Below are positions 1-63,960 of a stretch of DNA of 64,000 nucleotides, one piece after another. Both the position numbers and the translations under genes were made by a program. The DNA comes from Octopus bimaculoides (lineage: Eukaryota): assembly GCF_001194135.2 (NCBI RefSeq), contig NC_069000.1, positions 40,726,922 to 40,790,921 on the forward strand. The letters are read 5' to 3'. Position 1 is the first letter of the stretch. Each line of letters begins with the position of its first letter. The notes below the pieces were generated by a model. That model searched no databases. It saw only the letters and a list, made by a program, of their open reading frames with translations, and was not told where the DNA came from.

Positions 1-169
1 GTGGCACTACCAGTCTAAGGCTATAATAGAAGAGACTTGCTCAAGGCACCATGCAGAGAGACTAAACCTAGAAACACATGGTTGTAAAGTGTACTTCTTA
101 GCCACACAGCCATGCCTGTTGAAAATGAAGAATACCACTTGTATTTTAAAATATATCTTTATTAAAAGA

Positions 170-375
170 TTATCTCACATTATTTCAGAATTATTCCACA
201 GATGTCAGACATTCTTCATTTTAGTCACCAGTTCGACCCTGGTATTGCAGGCAGAGCAGTTGATGTCTTTCTTAACCACATCCCACATATAGTAATCCAT
301 GGGATTACATTCAAGGGAATTAGGTGACCGGAAATTGGGGGTGGTGAAGTTGTAGAAATTCTCTGACAATCAGAG
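170..375 (-). mobile_element. Second truncated fragment of the same Tc1/mariner transposase (C-terminal part)
   Basis: Homologous to ~665-880; for example, cttaaccacatcccacatat..gtccatgggattacattca and gttgtagaaattctctgacaatcagag occur in both. Confidence 0.75.
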
Positions 376-477
376 AAACACTGACCTAGAATATTAAATG
401 CTAAAAAACCAAGTTATTCTTTTACTGTTTCAGCCATTATACTGTGCTCATGCTGGGTCGCTACCTTCAAGGATATA

Positions 478-1362
478 CAGGGTGTTCAGGCTAAATTTGA
501 CAGTTTGCATAAAAGGTAAAGAAAACATATCTCATTCGAAAATAAAAGTATTTTAAAAAGTCAAAAAGATCAATCACAAAGATCTATCAACTAGATTATG
601 GCTGGGAGATAACAGTTTATTCAAAGTAACAACTCTCAGCTTCTACCATGGCCTCAAGATGGCTCTGGAGGCTTATACATGCATTCCTCATTGTGTCTCT
701 GGGAAGATCTTTGAATACACCTTCATTTTAGCCATCAGCTTGACCTTGGTATTGCAGGCAGAATAGTTGGTGTATTTCTTAACCACATCCCACATATTGT
801 AGTCCATGGGATTACATTCAGGGGAATTAGGTGGCCAGAAATTGGCAGTGGTGGAGTTGTAGAAATTCTCTGACAATCAGAGGCATGGCAAAGAGCTGAA
901 TTCTGCTGTCACATATGTGACCTTCAAGCAGCAACCCTCTCCAGCCAGAGTTTGACCACAGTTTTCAGCAGCTTCACATAGCTGTCTGAATTGAACCCAA
1001 GGCCTAGTTCAAAGATGTGAGGTGGCATGGTATCATCATCACTGGAAACACACTTAATGATTAAGGCAGTTTGGGAGAATTTAGTTTTCATGATGTCCAT
1101 GTCAAGTCTTACAGCCGTTACAGTGTTCACAAAGCATGGAACAACAGTTGTGATGCTGGCATTTTGATACCCAGTGCAAATCATCGTGATACAGGTAACT
1201 CTTTTCCAATATCCTGATGGCTTTTACTCCTCCGAGTCAGCTAACTTTTTCTTGACTTCAGTCTTTATGCTTTCCAATGCTGCTGTCTATTCACCAATAC
1301 ATCAAACTGTACCTGCAAAAAGGAGACATAAAAAAATCATGAAATTTAGCCCAAACACCCTA
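478..1362 (-). mobile_element. Internally deleted Tc1/mariner DNA transposon (maT/DD37D-like transposase relic)
   Basis: Imperfect TIRs (ta|cagggtgttcaggctaaattt ... aaatttagcccaaacacccta). Frameshifted minus-strand peptide KTKF...VSSD..MPPHIF..GL.FNSDSY.KLLKTVVK.WLERVAA...QQNSA.CHAS...SENFY...FWPPNSPECNPMDY. Confidence 0.85.
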
Positions 1363-4239
1363 CGGTTGATTATATTAACACTCTGAACCCAGTACTTCTT
1401 TGCTACAGATACAACAACAACAGTATAAGTACTGGTATTGAGTCATTTAACAAACCCAACAAGGCAGTATTCTGGCATGACTACAGTTCAATGACAGAAA
1501 CTAATAAAATAGTAAAAGAATAACTAAATAAATACATAAAAAAAATAATAAAAGAAACAAAATCCCTTGAAGCTTTTATAATACATTTATTTGAATTTTT
1601 GATAAAGAAATTTGAAATCTTTACAAATGATGTGATGGTAAAAGTGTCAAATCTATGGCAACAAAATTTACAAATTGGGAAGAAAAAAAGATCAACAATT
1701 ATTGAACATCACAATTCGTTTTCAGTTTTGGGAATAGAATTTTTTTTTCTTTTTTTTTTTTTGTTCAGGACAAAATAAAAGTTGTAAATATTTGCTTTTT
1801 TTTTTAACTTGAAAGTGATTTTTCTGTTCTTTAGATGCTACTGTTGAAGTTTAGTGGGTATTGGTCTGAAATTATTGATTGGGGATTTATTAAGTCAATT
1901 AGATTTTTGCTATACTATGAAGATGATGTAGTTATATTTCTATAAAATCATAGTCCTTCAATGTCTCTGTCGTATTAGTTCTGTTGTGCTTCAGCTTTGT
2001 ACATAATTGTTCATATTTTATTAGACATACCCACTCAAGTTTAAATCTCTTTAGCATTACTAAGTGTATTCTATATGGAGAATATCTGATTCTCATCTAG
2101 CAGCTATATTTTATTAGATACGTATGTGTTTGTGTGCACATGTGTATAGGCTTGTTTTGTGTGTGTGTGTGTGTATTCACTTATGTATATTGTACTTGTT
2201 ATTGCAATGATTGAGTTTTGTACACAATATGTACTTATCCCCAAAATACAATTTTTTCATAAGTTGTCTAGCTTGACAACCAATATATTTGTGCTTTTAT
2301 CCTTTCTTCTTCATTATATGCAATAAATTATAAAATATATAATTAGATTCCATATATGAAATTATTTAGTTTCCAAACAAGAACAAAAGGTTTTTAAATA
2401 AATGTAAATGTCAAAAAAAAAAAAAAAAATATGCACTTTTGTAATAATAAGTAATCTCTTGTATAGACACAAGCAAAATTTTGTAAAAGAAACCCCAAAG
2501 GGATGAAAGACAAGCCAGACTTGGCAGGATTTGAACTCAGAATATAGAGATAGAACTAAATACAATAAGGCATTTAGTCTAATTCTCTTCTATATTGTCA
2601 ACTCACTGCTCTTGTAACAATGATTGAGTTTGAAAACTGAACTAAAATTATATCAAAGGTAACAGTTAAATTAATTGTAACAATAATAATAATAATAATC
2701 CTTTCTACTGGAAGCACAAGGCCTCAAATTTGGTGTAAGGGATTAAGTCAATTACATCGACCCCAGTGCGTAACTGGTACTTATTTAATTGACTCCAAAA
2801 GGATGAAAGGCAAAGTTGACCTCGGCAGAATAATAATAATAATAATAACATTTTAAAAGATTTGTTAGGTCTACAGACCACTGAACTGTATATTCAATGA
2901 TGATGACTAGGAGATGTATTCAGTATCAGGAAACATGAGCCCAAAAATAGACACTAGTGTAGTGTCTCCTGATCAAAGAACTATACCATACATTCAAGGA
3001 GGGAAACGCTACCATGATGTCTTCAGTCCAGGGGAATACATAACCTAGGAGGGGTGAGGAAATTGTGTGATATTCTGAGAGTTATTTTGAACCCAAAGTT
3101 GAAAGTTAATGTGATGTATTTGAAAGAAAATAAAAAAAAACTTTCGTTGCTACTTTGTGGAATTAAAGTTAAATTTGCATAACAGGATGTTTAGAACAAG
3201 AAAGAAAAAAATGATACTTTCAAAAAAATAGTAGTTATATTATAATTAGAAACAAATAAATGAAACAAAATTCATTTACACAATTGTTTGTAATTTGCTT
3301 TTTATTCTTCAGAATTCAATATATATTAAAAAAAATTTTTTTTTTTTCAAATTTCTTTTATATCTCTTTCTTATAAATGAAAAAAAATAATAGTAATAAT
3401 AATAACAACAATGAAACCATTGAGTATTTCAATTTTAAAATCTAAGCAAAATATTTGAAAATATCTGTATAAACAATTCTTTTTTATCCACAGAATAAGA
3501 TAACTTTGTTTTGACTTTTCTATTCTCTTTAAGCCTTCTGTATCATATAAACTGGCCAGATTCTGCCCCTGTAGACAGGGTGAGTTGTTCAAATTGTTAA
3601 TAGCAGGCCTTGTTGATATGTTACTTTTGGTAGCAGGACCTCTGCTTCCATTGAATCATACAGTATGTCTTGGTTTAGTGTTATAAGTTCATCATTTTTA
3701 TATTAATACATTAAAATACTTAACGATAAATAAACGGCCCTTACTACAAATGCTAAACTTCTTGATAACATTCAACCCTGAATATCAATTTGATTAGAAT
3801 TTCAGATTATTACTAATCAACAATATAGTAAAAAAAACAACAAAATGACCCATTAAAAATAAACATGCCTAACAGTCAAAGCCTACAAGCCACTTTCTTT
3901 CAGCTACAGTCAGAAACTGCAATACAAAGATAAAGCAATATGATCTACTAGTGGTTTACTTTTATTTTTATTTTATTTCATTTTATTTTATTCATTTATT
4001 AACAAAACATATTTCATTACTGATTTCATAAATCAGTAATGAAATCTTGAAGATTTTACTATGAGAATTATGGGGCATGGAGATTTAGATTAGAAAGCAG
4101 TAGAATAAACACCAGGAATAATGGGTACAGAAGAGAGAAGTCTTTCTAACTTATTTAAATATATGTCTCTACACACTCAACATATCTCAACCACAGTATA
4201 ACTTAACAATGAATGCTAAAGCACGCCATATTGATTTAT

Positions 4240-4376
4240 ATTGTTGGTCCATAGATATTGTTGGTCCATAATTGTTGGTCCATAGATATTGTTGGTCCAT
4301 AATTAGGGACTGAGGTTTAAGAGTGTGCTAGGAGATCAGATCTCCTAGCACACTCTTAAACCTCAGTCCCTAATTA
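4240..4376. repeat. Two 31-bp tandem units fused to a perfect 77-bp palindrome
   Basis: attgttggtccata occurs four times (4240-4301). Arms 4300-4337 and 4339-4376 are exact reverse complements around a single A. Confidence 0.97.
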
Positions 4377-6308
4377 ACTAACTTAATTCTTACCTGGTTA
4401 TATTTTCACAGCAATAGTAATATTATCTCTTTGTAAAAGTAATATTTACTGGTTATAAAAGAAGACAAAAGAAAACACATCCTATTATATTCTTTGGCAT
4501 ACACACTATACTATTATTGTAGTCATTTTCAGAAACAGATATACAATATGATGATGATACATCTTTGTACCAGATATTAAAAGGTACAAAACAACCTCCA
4601 GTCCCGTCTTAGAATGAATCCACCAGATTGTTTGCCTACCAGAGACATATATTTCTTTGGAAAATATGAGTTTTTAATGTCTGTTTAACTCAAAACAGAT
4701 TCAATAATCATAATCATTATGGAAGTAGAAGTGTTGGATGTTGATTCCGTGTGCTAAATAACACGAGATGCTAACTTCTCACTTGAATTTATGATTCACT
4801 AAAGGTTTGATAACAGCAAGGAAAAAAATTAAACTTTTATCTTTTACTTATTTCAGTCATTCGACTGTGGCCATACTGGAGCAAAATATTCTCATTCAAA
4901 ATCTAGAGTCCTTCTTTTCTCAGGAATATGCATAGGAAAAAAATCCTTTTTTTTTTTTTTCCGAGTAACAGAAAATTTTGTCAAATGTCTTTTATAATAT
5001 CAACAATATTGATTTTAGAATCAATTTTAACAATAATATTATAAAAGAACCATAATAATAATCTCATTAAATTTTGATGGAAACAGAAAATTTATCTCTA
5101 ATTAAAACATGAGCAAAGGACTAAAATGATTTAACATTTGAAGAATAAAGGGGGAAATAAAAAAGAATTTTAAAAAAAGGCGGGAGAAATAGACCAGCAA
5201 GCAAGCTAATTATCCAACATGGAAGGTGCTGAGTAGTGAGCGAAAATAAGGGTTAAAATCCCTGTTTTTGTTTATATCACAACTATTTAAACAAGGAATC
5301 ATAGCTCCTTCTACTATAATAGTTTCTAGTTCTTTAGCTTCAGCACAACCATAATTTGTTTTAAAAAATGAATGGCATGGAATTGGATTAGATACAAGAA
5401 TTGTATTTGAGAAAATATGAAAATACCAATATGTAAAAATAGTAAGAAACTTCTAACTATAAAGCAATTCATGTTCTATTGTTATTGGTGTTGCAGTTAG
5501 TGATGATGCTGTTGGTTTATTTAGAAATAATATTCTATAAAAAAATAATTGTGAACCAGGAATATATATATATATATTTATGCATTTTGAATGGCAATAA
5601 TAGATGTGGTCAGCTCTATGAATGTGTAACTCTCTTACATCAAAAACTGAGCACTGACTGAGAGCCAAGTACAACATATAGCAACGTACTCTCTGTTTTA
5701 GTACCACTGGTAGAAAGTTGATTAGAGTAGTATACAGAGGTAACAGAGATAAATTGATTGACAGTAGAAGAAATTGATGTCAGAGCAATTATTTTCTGAG
5801 TTGTGACATAAATAATCTGCTATATTAATACTATGCATTTTCACATTTTTTGGTGCTATTTATAAGCATAATAAACTTATAAATATACAGCATTTATCTT
5901 ATAAAACTATGTTGAAAAATTTTCTTTTAGTTTGTCACACTTGTATTTTAGTACCAACAACAGCAAATATAATTTAAAACAATTTTCCAAATCTAGGACT
6001 GCCTCAATATAATGTGATAGTGGTGAGATAAGAAAAGCTGGGAAGGCTCTGTCATGTATCTGGAATTATCAAAATATGAGGATAAATATACAAAAAGAAA
6101 AAAAAAATGCTGAAACTTCTCTGTACTTTAAAAAATTTTTTTTTTCCAGACTGACAGATATGTCACAAGTAACACCTACTTCCTTGTTATAAGGGTAACA
6201 AAGTATACTTCACTTGGAGCCAGCCCTGATTATATTCAGGAGAGTTTAGATTAATAATGTAATTATTAATGTCAGAATGCCAAGTAATTTTACAAGCATT
6301 TTTCTCAA

Positions 6309-6340
<32 letters not shown>

Positions 6341-7238
6341 ATGAGAGAGGGTGAGTGAGTGAGAGAGAGAGAGAGTTTATGGAAATAACTAAGGCTAGAT
6401 GGAAATTCTTTCTTCTAAGAGTCAGGATGGGGCAAGCAAGGCCCATGAACCTTTCCAGAGCCTCTGAGACAGGTGGGAGGAAATTATTCTCAGACCAGAG
6501 CCTTGACTTAAATGTCAGCTACAAGCACCCAAGGTGGGGTTAAACTGGGTGACTGGTTAAGTCTACCAGCATAACAGCTGGTAATCAGTAATGGAAACAC
6601 CAATTGAAGTAGAGAGTATTAAATAATTTCTAGATTTTGTCATGAAATAATAACATCTATATAATTTATCTATATATTAAATCTTTCTTTTTTCATGTTG
6701 TCAATAAGTGAATAAATCTACTATACAACATACCACCATTCATCTCGGTCAATCTTTCTTCTCTCTTCTGTGAAGCTCAACAACCCCCTAGTTCTGATCT
6801 TACTACTTCTTTTTGTATCTGTCCATGCATATTATTTACTTACTTATATATATATGGTGAAGTTATTGAGTTGAGATAAGTCCCTTTGTCACAAGAGAGA
6901 AGAAACTGTTTTGGAGATGTCCCTTCAAAATATCAGACGCCTCTCTTTTTCCCCCAGCCTAGAGTTTCTTACCACGAACTTCACTGCATAATCTTTACTG
7001 GTACCACCAGTCTCCTTGGGCTCTTGTTTTATCACCAATATATTTTAAAATCAAAGCACTACAGTTGTTTCTATCATGTCACATTCAACAAGATCTTCAG
7101 TCAAAATAGGTGACACAGTCGACAATGGGCAAAGGAAATTAGATGAATAGATATATAAAAAAAAACGTTTGTTTTATGTATTATATATTACGTACCACCA
7201 TGGGAGATGTCTATTTTGTTTTACTCTCATTAATAAAG

Positions 7239-7285
<47 letters not shown>

Positions 7286-7535
7286 TACATACACAACTGT
7301 AGCAGTTTATAAGCTTTTAAATATTTCTATATGGACAGAGGTCAAGTGAATGCAAAAGATCAAGAGATCAATATACTTTTTCTACAAAAACTTAAGAAAA
7401 ATTTCCAGCTTTCAACTGTAAATAATTTTCAATTAATGACAGTCGTTCTGTATCCAGAATATTATCAAATGAAATAATTCTACTTTGAAAACACATTTAG
7501 TGGACAAAAATACAATAAAATAAAATAGAAATATA

Positions 7536-7764
7536 NNNNNNNNNNNNNNNNNNNNNNNNNNNNNNNNNNNNNNNNNNNNNNNNNNNNNNNNNNNNNNNNN
7601 NNNNNNNNNNNNNNNNNNNNNNNNNNNNNNNNNNNNNNNNNNNNNNNNNNNNNNNNNNNNNNNNNNNNNNNNNNNNNNNNNNNNNNNNNNNNNNNNNNNN
7701 NNNNNNNNNNNNNNNNNNNNNNNNNNNNNNNNNNNNNNNNNNNNNNNNNNNNNNNNNNNNNNNN
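7536..7764. other. Assembly gap (N run)
   Basis: Ns bordered by microsatellite. Other gaps at 10159-10726, 13539-13638, 46243-46597, 56660-57296 and 62430-62575. Confidence 1.
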
Positions 7765-7839
<75 letters not shown>

Positions 7840-8693
7840 CAATTCTGGAATCTTTGTTATATATTCATTTGATTCCTTTATATTATCATTGTTAGTATCA
7901 TCATTACAAATATTATTATTAGTTTTATTCTGTTTATTTGATTGGTCTGGAGGAAAGGACTGTGACTTTATGGGCCCTCTGAGACTGGTGAGATCGATGT
8001 AGTTAATGTTCTTGAACACTTGCAAGCCAATGGTTGCAACAAAAATATGGGTAGGGAGAAAGAATTCCAGAAGACCATGTTCTGGAGGGGAAGGACTGTT
8101 ATCAATTATTATTATTATTATTATTATTATAATTACTATAATAACAACTGCAGTGATTATCAAAACTATATTTAATATAATCACTATTAATATAATGAAT
8201 GCTACAATTATAACAATCATTACAAGTATAATTACTACTACCATCCATCATATCATTATCATGTTGTTCTGCTCGCAATGATTGGGAAATCAAAATTAAA
8301 AATTTCATAGTCTTTGCATTGAAAAAAAAAAAAGCCTGTTACCAACCTAAAAACTTCAGTTACATTGAACGCCTTGAATGTCCCTTCTCCTCACTCACTA
8401 CTCTCTTTTCTCTCTCAATACCATTCTACCATTATGCCTCATTTAAAACCTAGACTTTCACCTTCTCCTTGCTGAGTTTTGTACACTACAACCTATATCT
8501 AGGAAACGAACAAAAAGGCTTGATAAGGTTTAGATTTAGGTATAAATCATTGCAAAAAAAGGTTTACAAAAGCCCGATATAGAGTGGAGATTTAATATCA
8601 TGATGATGATAAATCTTAATGTATTTTATTCATCCATCTTATGTGTACTTTATTTTATGTGTTTCAACATACTAGGTATAACAGAGCTACATT

Positions 8694-8923
8694 ATGAACA
8701 CTTGTATTATATAACCAACAATACTTCTATAATATAGCTATGAGCAATTTTATTTTATAGCCATGAACACTTCTATTATATAGTCACAAACACTTGTATT
8801 ATAGAGCCATGCACACTGATATTATATAGCTTTGAACACTTGAATTATATAGTCATGAATGCTTTTATTATATAGACATGAACACTTCTGTTACACAGTC
8901 ATAAACACTGCTTTTACATATCA
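8694..8923. repeat. Degenerate 23-bp minisatellite, 10 units
   Basis: Consensus ~atgaacacttgtattatatagcc. The period is held at 23 bp with substitutions only. Confidence 0.85.
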
Positions 8924-9993
8924 CAGGCTGAAAGTTAGAGGACTTGAACTCAGTCCTTTAAATTAATAAATCAATCACTAATTACATAGTCATTTCACTT
9001 CTAGCAACAATAAGTTATCCCTATACATGGAATCTATTTTTATCCGAGCCAGTGATGTCAAAGCTTTTATGCCTTTAATAATCCTCTCACTGGAGTATCC
9101 CGAGTATAAATGTATTTTAGTTTTATTTAGATAAATGCTTAGAGATAATTTTTTTATAACATGATAGTGCAAGGAAATTTTTTGTTTGCTCCTTTTCATT
9201 TTCCTTTTTTTTTTTTTTGTATATCTAAAAACCTACCATATGTCATAAATTTACCATCACTAATCTAAGGGAACTAAATCAGAGAGATCTATACTTGGCA
9301 TGAGTGGTGTGTCATGCTGTATGAACCGAAACGCATTCTTTCAGCTGGCAGTTTGATTTCCCATTAACAAGATCATCTAAAAATTTTCCTTCTAATAGCT
9401 AACCACCAATCAGTAGAGGTAGCCACCATATCATAACACATTCTTTTATGGTGATTTAAAAAAAAAAAAAAGTAAATTTATTTGTGGAATGTTTAAATAA
9501 TCAATATTTGAAGAAGAATATTGTGAAGATTTATTATTGCTGATGTCCTTCAAATATATTTTCAAATTTCTTGCTTGTTCTTTCATTTTGCATAGTAAGA
9601 TAGGTAACAAAACTCTTCTTTAGTACAATTCAACTCAGCACTTTTTCTTTGTTCACTTGTTCATTCATTTTGCTTACTGAGGTTTTACAAATATCCTTAT
9701 ACACTCAGCAACTGTTTCATATCACTCCAAGGGGAAGATTTTAGTCTCACTTTAATTCATAGCAGGATTTTTTTAGTCTTACATATTTAGGTATTTTATT
9801 TTATATGTGAATGTTTACTATTATTATTATCATTTTGTATGTGTTTTGTAAAAGAATGAAGTAGACGCAGAATTTTACTGTTTCATTAGTTGTATTTCAG
9901 GGTAATCTATTAAGTTCTGTTATGCCATAATCAACAAAAAAAAACTTGAATTTTGCTCAAACATACGAATATTACTGCCAAAGGCTTTACATT

Positions 9994-10060
<67 letters not shown>

Positions 10061-10726
10061 ACATTTATATTAGTGCATAAACATTGATATCTCAATAATA
10101 AATATATCCTTTTGTCAAAAACTGTTAGCCCAATTAATATATATATACACAGGATTATNNNNNNNNNNNNNNNNNNNNNNNNNNNNNNNNNNNNNNNNNN
10201 NNNNNNNNNNNNNNNNNNNNNNNNNNNNNNNNNNNNNNNNNNNNNNNNNNNNNNNNNNNNNNNNNNNNNNNNNNNNNNNNNNNNNNNNNNNNNNNNNNNN
10301 NNNNNNNNNNNNNNNNNNNNNNNNNNNNNNNNNNNNNNNNNNNNNNNNNNNNNNNNNNNNNNNNNNNNNNNNNNNNNNNNNNNNNNNNNNNNNNNNNNNN
10401 NNNNNNNNNNNNNNNNNNNNNNNNNNNNNNNNNNNNNNNNNNNNNNNNNNNNNNNNNNNNNNNNNNNNNNNNNNNNNNNNNNNNNNNNNNNNNNNNNNNN
10501 NNNNNNNNNNNNNNNNNNNNNNNNNNNNNNNNNNNNNNNNNNNNNNNNNNNNNNNNNNNNNNNNNNNNNNNNNNNNNNNNNNNNNNNNNNNNNNNNNNNN
10601 NNNNNNNNNNNNNNNNNNNNNNNNNNNNNNNNNNNNNNNNNNNNNNNNNNNNNNNNNNNNNNNNNNNNNNNNNNNNNNNNNNNNNNNNNNNNNNNNNNNN
10701 NNNNNNNNNNNNNNNNNNNNNNNNNN

Positions 10727-10800
<74 letters not shown>

Positions 10801-12039
10801 ATATATATATATACATGTATATGTATATATATATATACATGTATATGTATATATGTATATACACATATATATATATATATGTGTGTACACATACACACAC
10901 ATATATATTTATGAATACACACACACAAATAACATTTGACAACTTAGTAACAAGTGAACCCAAAAAGTCATCTTTTATTAATGTTTACAAACCAAAATGC
11001 ACTGATTAAGTACTAATGCTGTCTTCAGACTTTACACCCATTTATTATTGGTATTGCTGGTAACTTATTTTATAACCTTCTCCAAAAACGAAATGATAAG
11101 TTGGCATCTATGGTTTTGAACTCAAAATCTCAGAGCCCCAAGTTACACACCATACGCTGGCATGCAAATTTAGTACTCTTCCAAACAAATTTGTGCATGT
11201 TTGTACGTGCACACACATGTGTGCAATCCTTGTGCTTGTATGTATACATACGTGTGTAAATATATATATAATAAATTTAGTTTTGATTGTAACTTCAAGT
11301 TTCACCTGATATCTAATTCAACAAAGCTGAAAGAGTTGTCAGTTGGAAGTCATAATTAAAATTAATTTCATGATAAATTTTATGCTACTTTTAGTATTGG
11401 GTCTGCCACATCCATCAGTAAATGGTCTGTTGTTATTCTTAAAATTCCTTTAAAATAACAACTAAATAATTAACACACACAGATACACACACACATATAT
11501 ATATATATTTGTAATATTATTGTACATGCACATACATGTGAAAATGTGTGAAATGCTGATGGAGAGTAAAGGTAAAAAGTAAACAAACTTCTACAGACAA
11601 TACATGACAAGTATAGCTTTATAGACAGAAAATCACACAATATAGAACATTTTCTAAATGTATTTTTTTTTTAGTTTTATTTATTATTATTATTATCATT
11701 TTTACTTTACTGAGAAGAGTCAAGATTTTTTTTTTTTTTTAAATTTGAATAAATATCGTGGTAAATATACATAACGTGTGCTACATTTTGAGCAGCTTTG
11801 TTAAAATTAGGAGTTGCTTTTTGTCATAAATCTCCTTTCTGTTTATTTTAAAACAGAAAGGAACAAAAAAAAAACTGACGATAACATAGTGGTTTGACTT
11901 GTTTTGCTGTACAAAACTTTTTGTTTTTATCCAGCATCATTAGCAGCACAAGTGAAACATAATTTACAGAGTAACTTACCAACACACCACAACACTCACA
12001 ACAAAAATAATGATATTAATCAGTAACAATAAATCATTT

Positions 12040-12700
12040 ATTATGTAGGCACAAGGTCATAAATTATAAGGAAGGGAACAGCTGCTTAAATCAACCCAGT
12101 TCCTCACTGGTACTTATTTTTATCGACAATCCACCACTGGAAGGGTGAAAGGCAAAGTTGACCTTGGTGTGATTTGATCTCTGAATCTATAGGAACGTAA
12201 CAAATACTGCCACTGCCCCAACTTAATAATAGTAACAGATAATAACAGCAAAAACATCTATAACAATAAATAGGCTCTAAGCCAGAGATCTGGAAGGTGG
12301 GGTAGTTGTCAGTTATATTGTCCCCCAGTTCTTGACTGGTACTTTATTTTATCAACCCCAGAAGGATGAAAGGAAAAGTTCACCTAGCTGGGATTTGATC
12401 TCAAGATCTATAAGGACATAACTAAATACTACCACCACACCACTTCAATAATAACAGCGACCGATAATAAATTACACTAATAAGGATAACAGTTTCAATA
12501 TAGGCATAAGGCCAAACATTTTGGGATAGAAGAAACAGTTGATTAAATGAAATCTAGTACTTAGGTACTTATTTTATTTACTCTAGAAAGATTAAAGGCA
12601 AAGTTGGCCCTGGCAGGATTTGAACTCAAAATGTAGAGTGACACAACAAAATACCAGACGGTATGTTGTTCAAAAGCTCTATTGATTCCACCACTTCGCC
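12040..12700 (-). mobile_element. Three tandem degenerate tRNA-derived SINEs (GGTACTTATTT...GGATGAAAGGCAAAGTTGACC family) in the NSF 3' flank
   Basis: The motif ctggtacttatttt..aaggatgaaaggcaaagttgacc..ggatttgaactcag is repeated three times. Confidence 0.7.
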
Positions 12701-12922
12701 CTTATAACTCCTTTCCGTAAGCCCAAGCACAAAATGTACTCACAAACGTGGATGGCGATGAGACAAACTGAGATGAAATAAAATAGAGCTCAAAATATTT
12801 TCTTTAAAAAAAAAACGAAAAAAATTACTAATAATAATACGGTACATTAAAAATTAAACATAAATTAAGAAACGGGGCTAAGAAAACAAATAGTGACAAA
12901 AATAATTATGTAAAGCACCTCT

Positions 12923-12928
12923 TTTATT
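12923..12928 (-). terminator. Candidate proximal polyadenylation signal AATAAA
   Basis: Minus strand reads ...ATG TAA a AATAAA ag..., followed about 20 nt later by a U/GU-rich stretch (ttattttgtcactatttgttttctt). Confidence 0.4.
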
Positions 12929-12929
12929 T

Positions 12930-63293
<50,364 letters not shown>

Positions 63294-63480
63294 GGCTGGA
63301 GGAAGAAAGGTTTGAGGCTGCGGTGTCGCTGTTTGTTGTGTGTGTGGCAGGACTAATGGCGGCGGCTCACTACTCGCTCTACGCCAGCGCTGTAGTATAG
63401 TACAGTAAACTCTGGTAACGTGATCCATCGTCTGCTGTTGCTGGCAGATGTAGTAGTCATCGTGTGCTTTGCCAAGCGCG
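63294..63480 (-). promoter_or_regulatory. NSF 5' UTR and proximal promoter, CpG-rich
   Basis: Local GC and CpG enrichment directly upstream of the start codon. Contains a YY1-like GCCGCCATT on the minus strand (~63354-63362). The TSS cannot be determined from sequence. Confidence 0.6.
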
Positions 63481-63599
63481 TATATATATGCGTGTATATA
63501 TATATATATATATATATACACGCATATATATATATGTATGTATATGTATGTATGTATACACTCAACTATATATACACACACACACTGTATATATAAATA

Positions 63600-63960
63600 G
63601 AGCGAGAGGGGTGGGGAGAGATGCAAGTATATGTACATGTGTATGCATGTATGTATAAATATATAAATATATGCACACATGATGATTTTATATACAAATG
63701 TATATGTATATACATACATAGTTATTGATATAATTATATATAGTATATATTTATTTAATTATTTATATATATATATATGTACATACATGTGTATGCATGC
63801 ATGTATATATATATATATAAATATATGCACACATGAATATGTACATGTGTATGTATGTATATATATAAATATATGCACACATGATAATTTTATATACAAA
63901 TGTATATGTATATACATACATAATCATTGATATAATTATATATAGTATATATTTATTTAA

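Noticed and set aside
7480-10963. Long ORFs rich in I/Y/C/V/H/T or X in the supplied track (also at 46 kb, 56-57 kb and 62-63 kb)
   Set aside because: Artefacts of microsatellites and N gaps.
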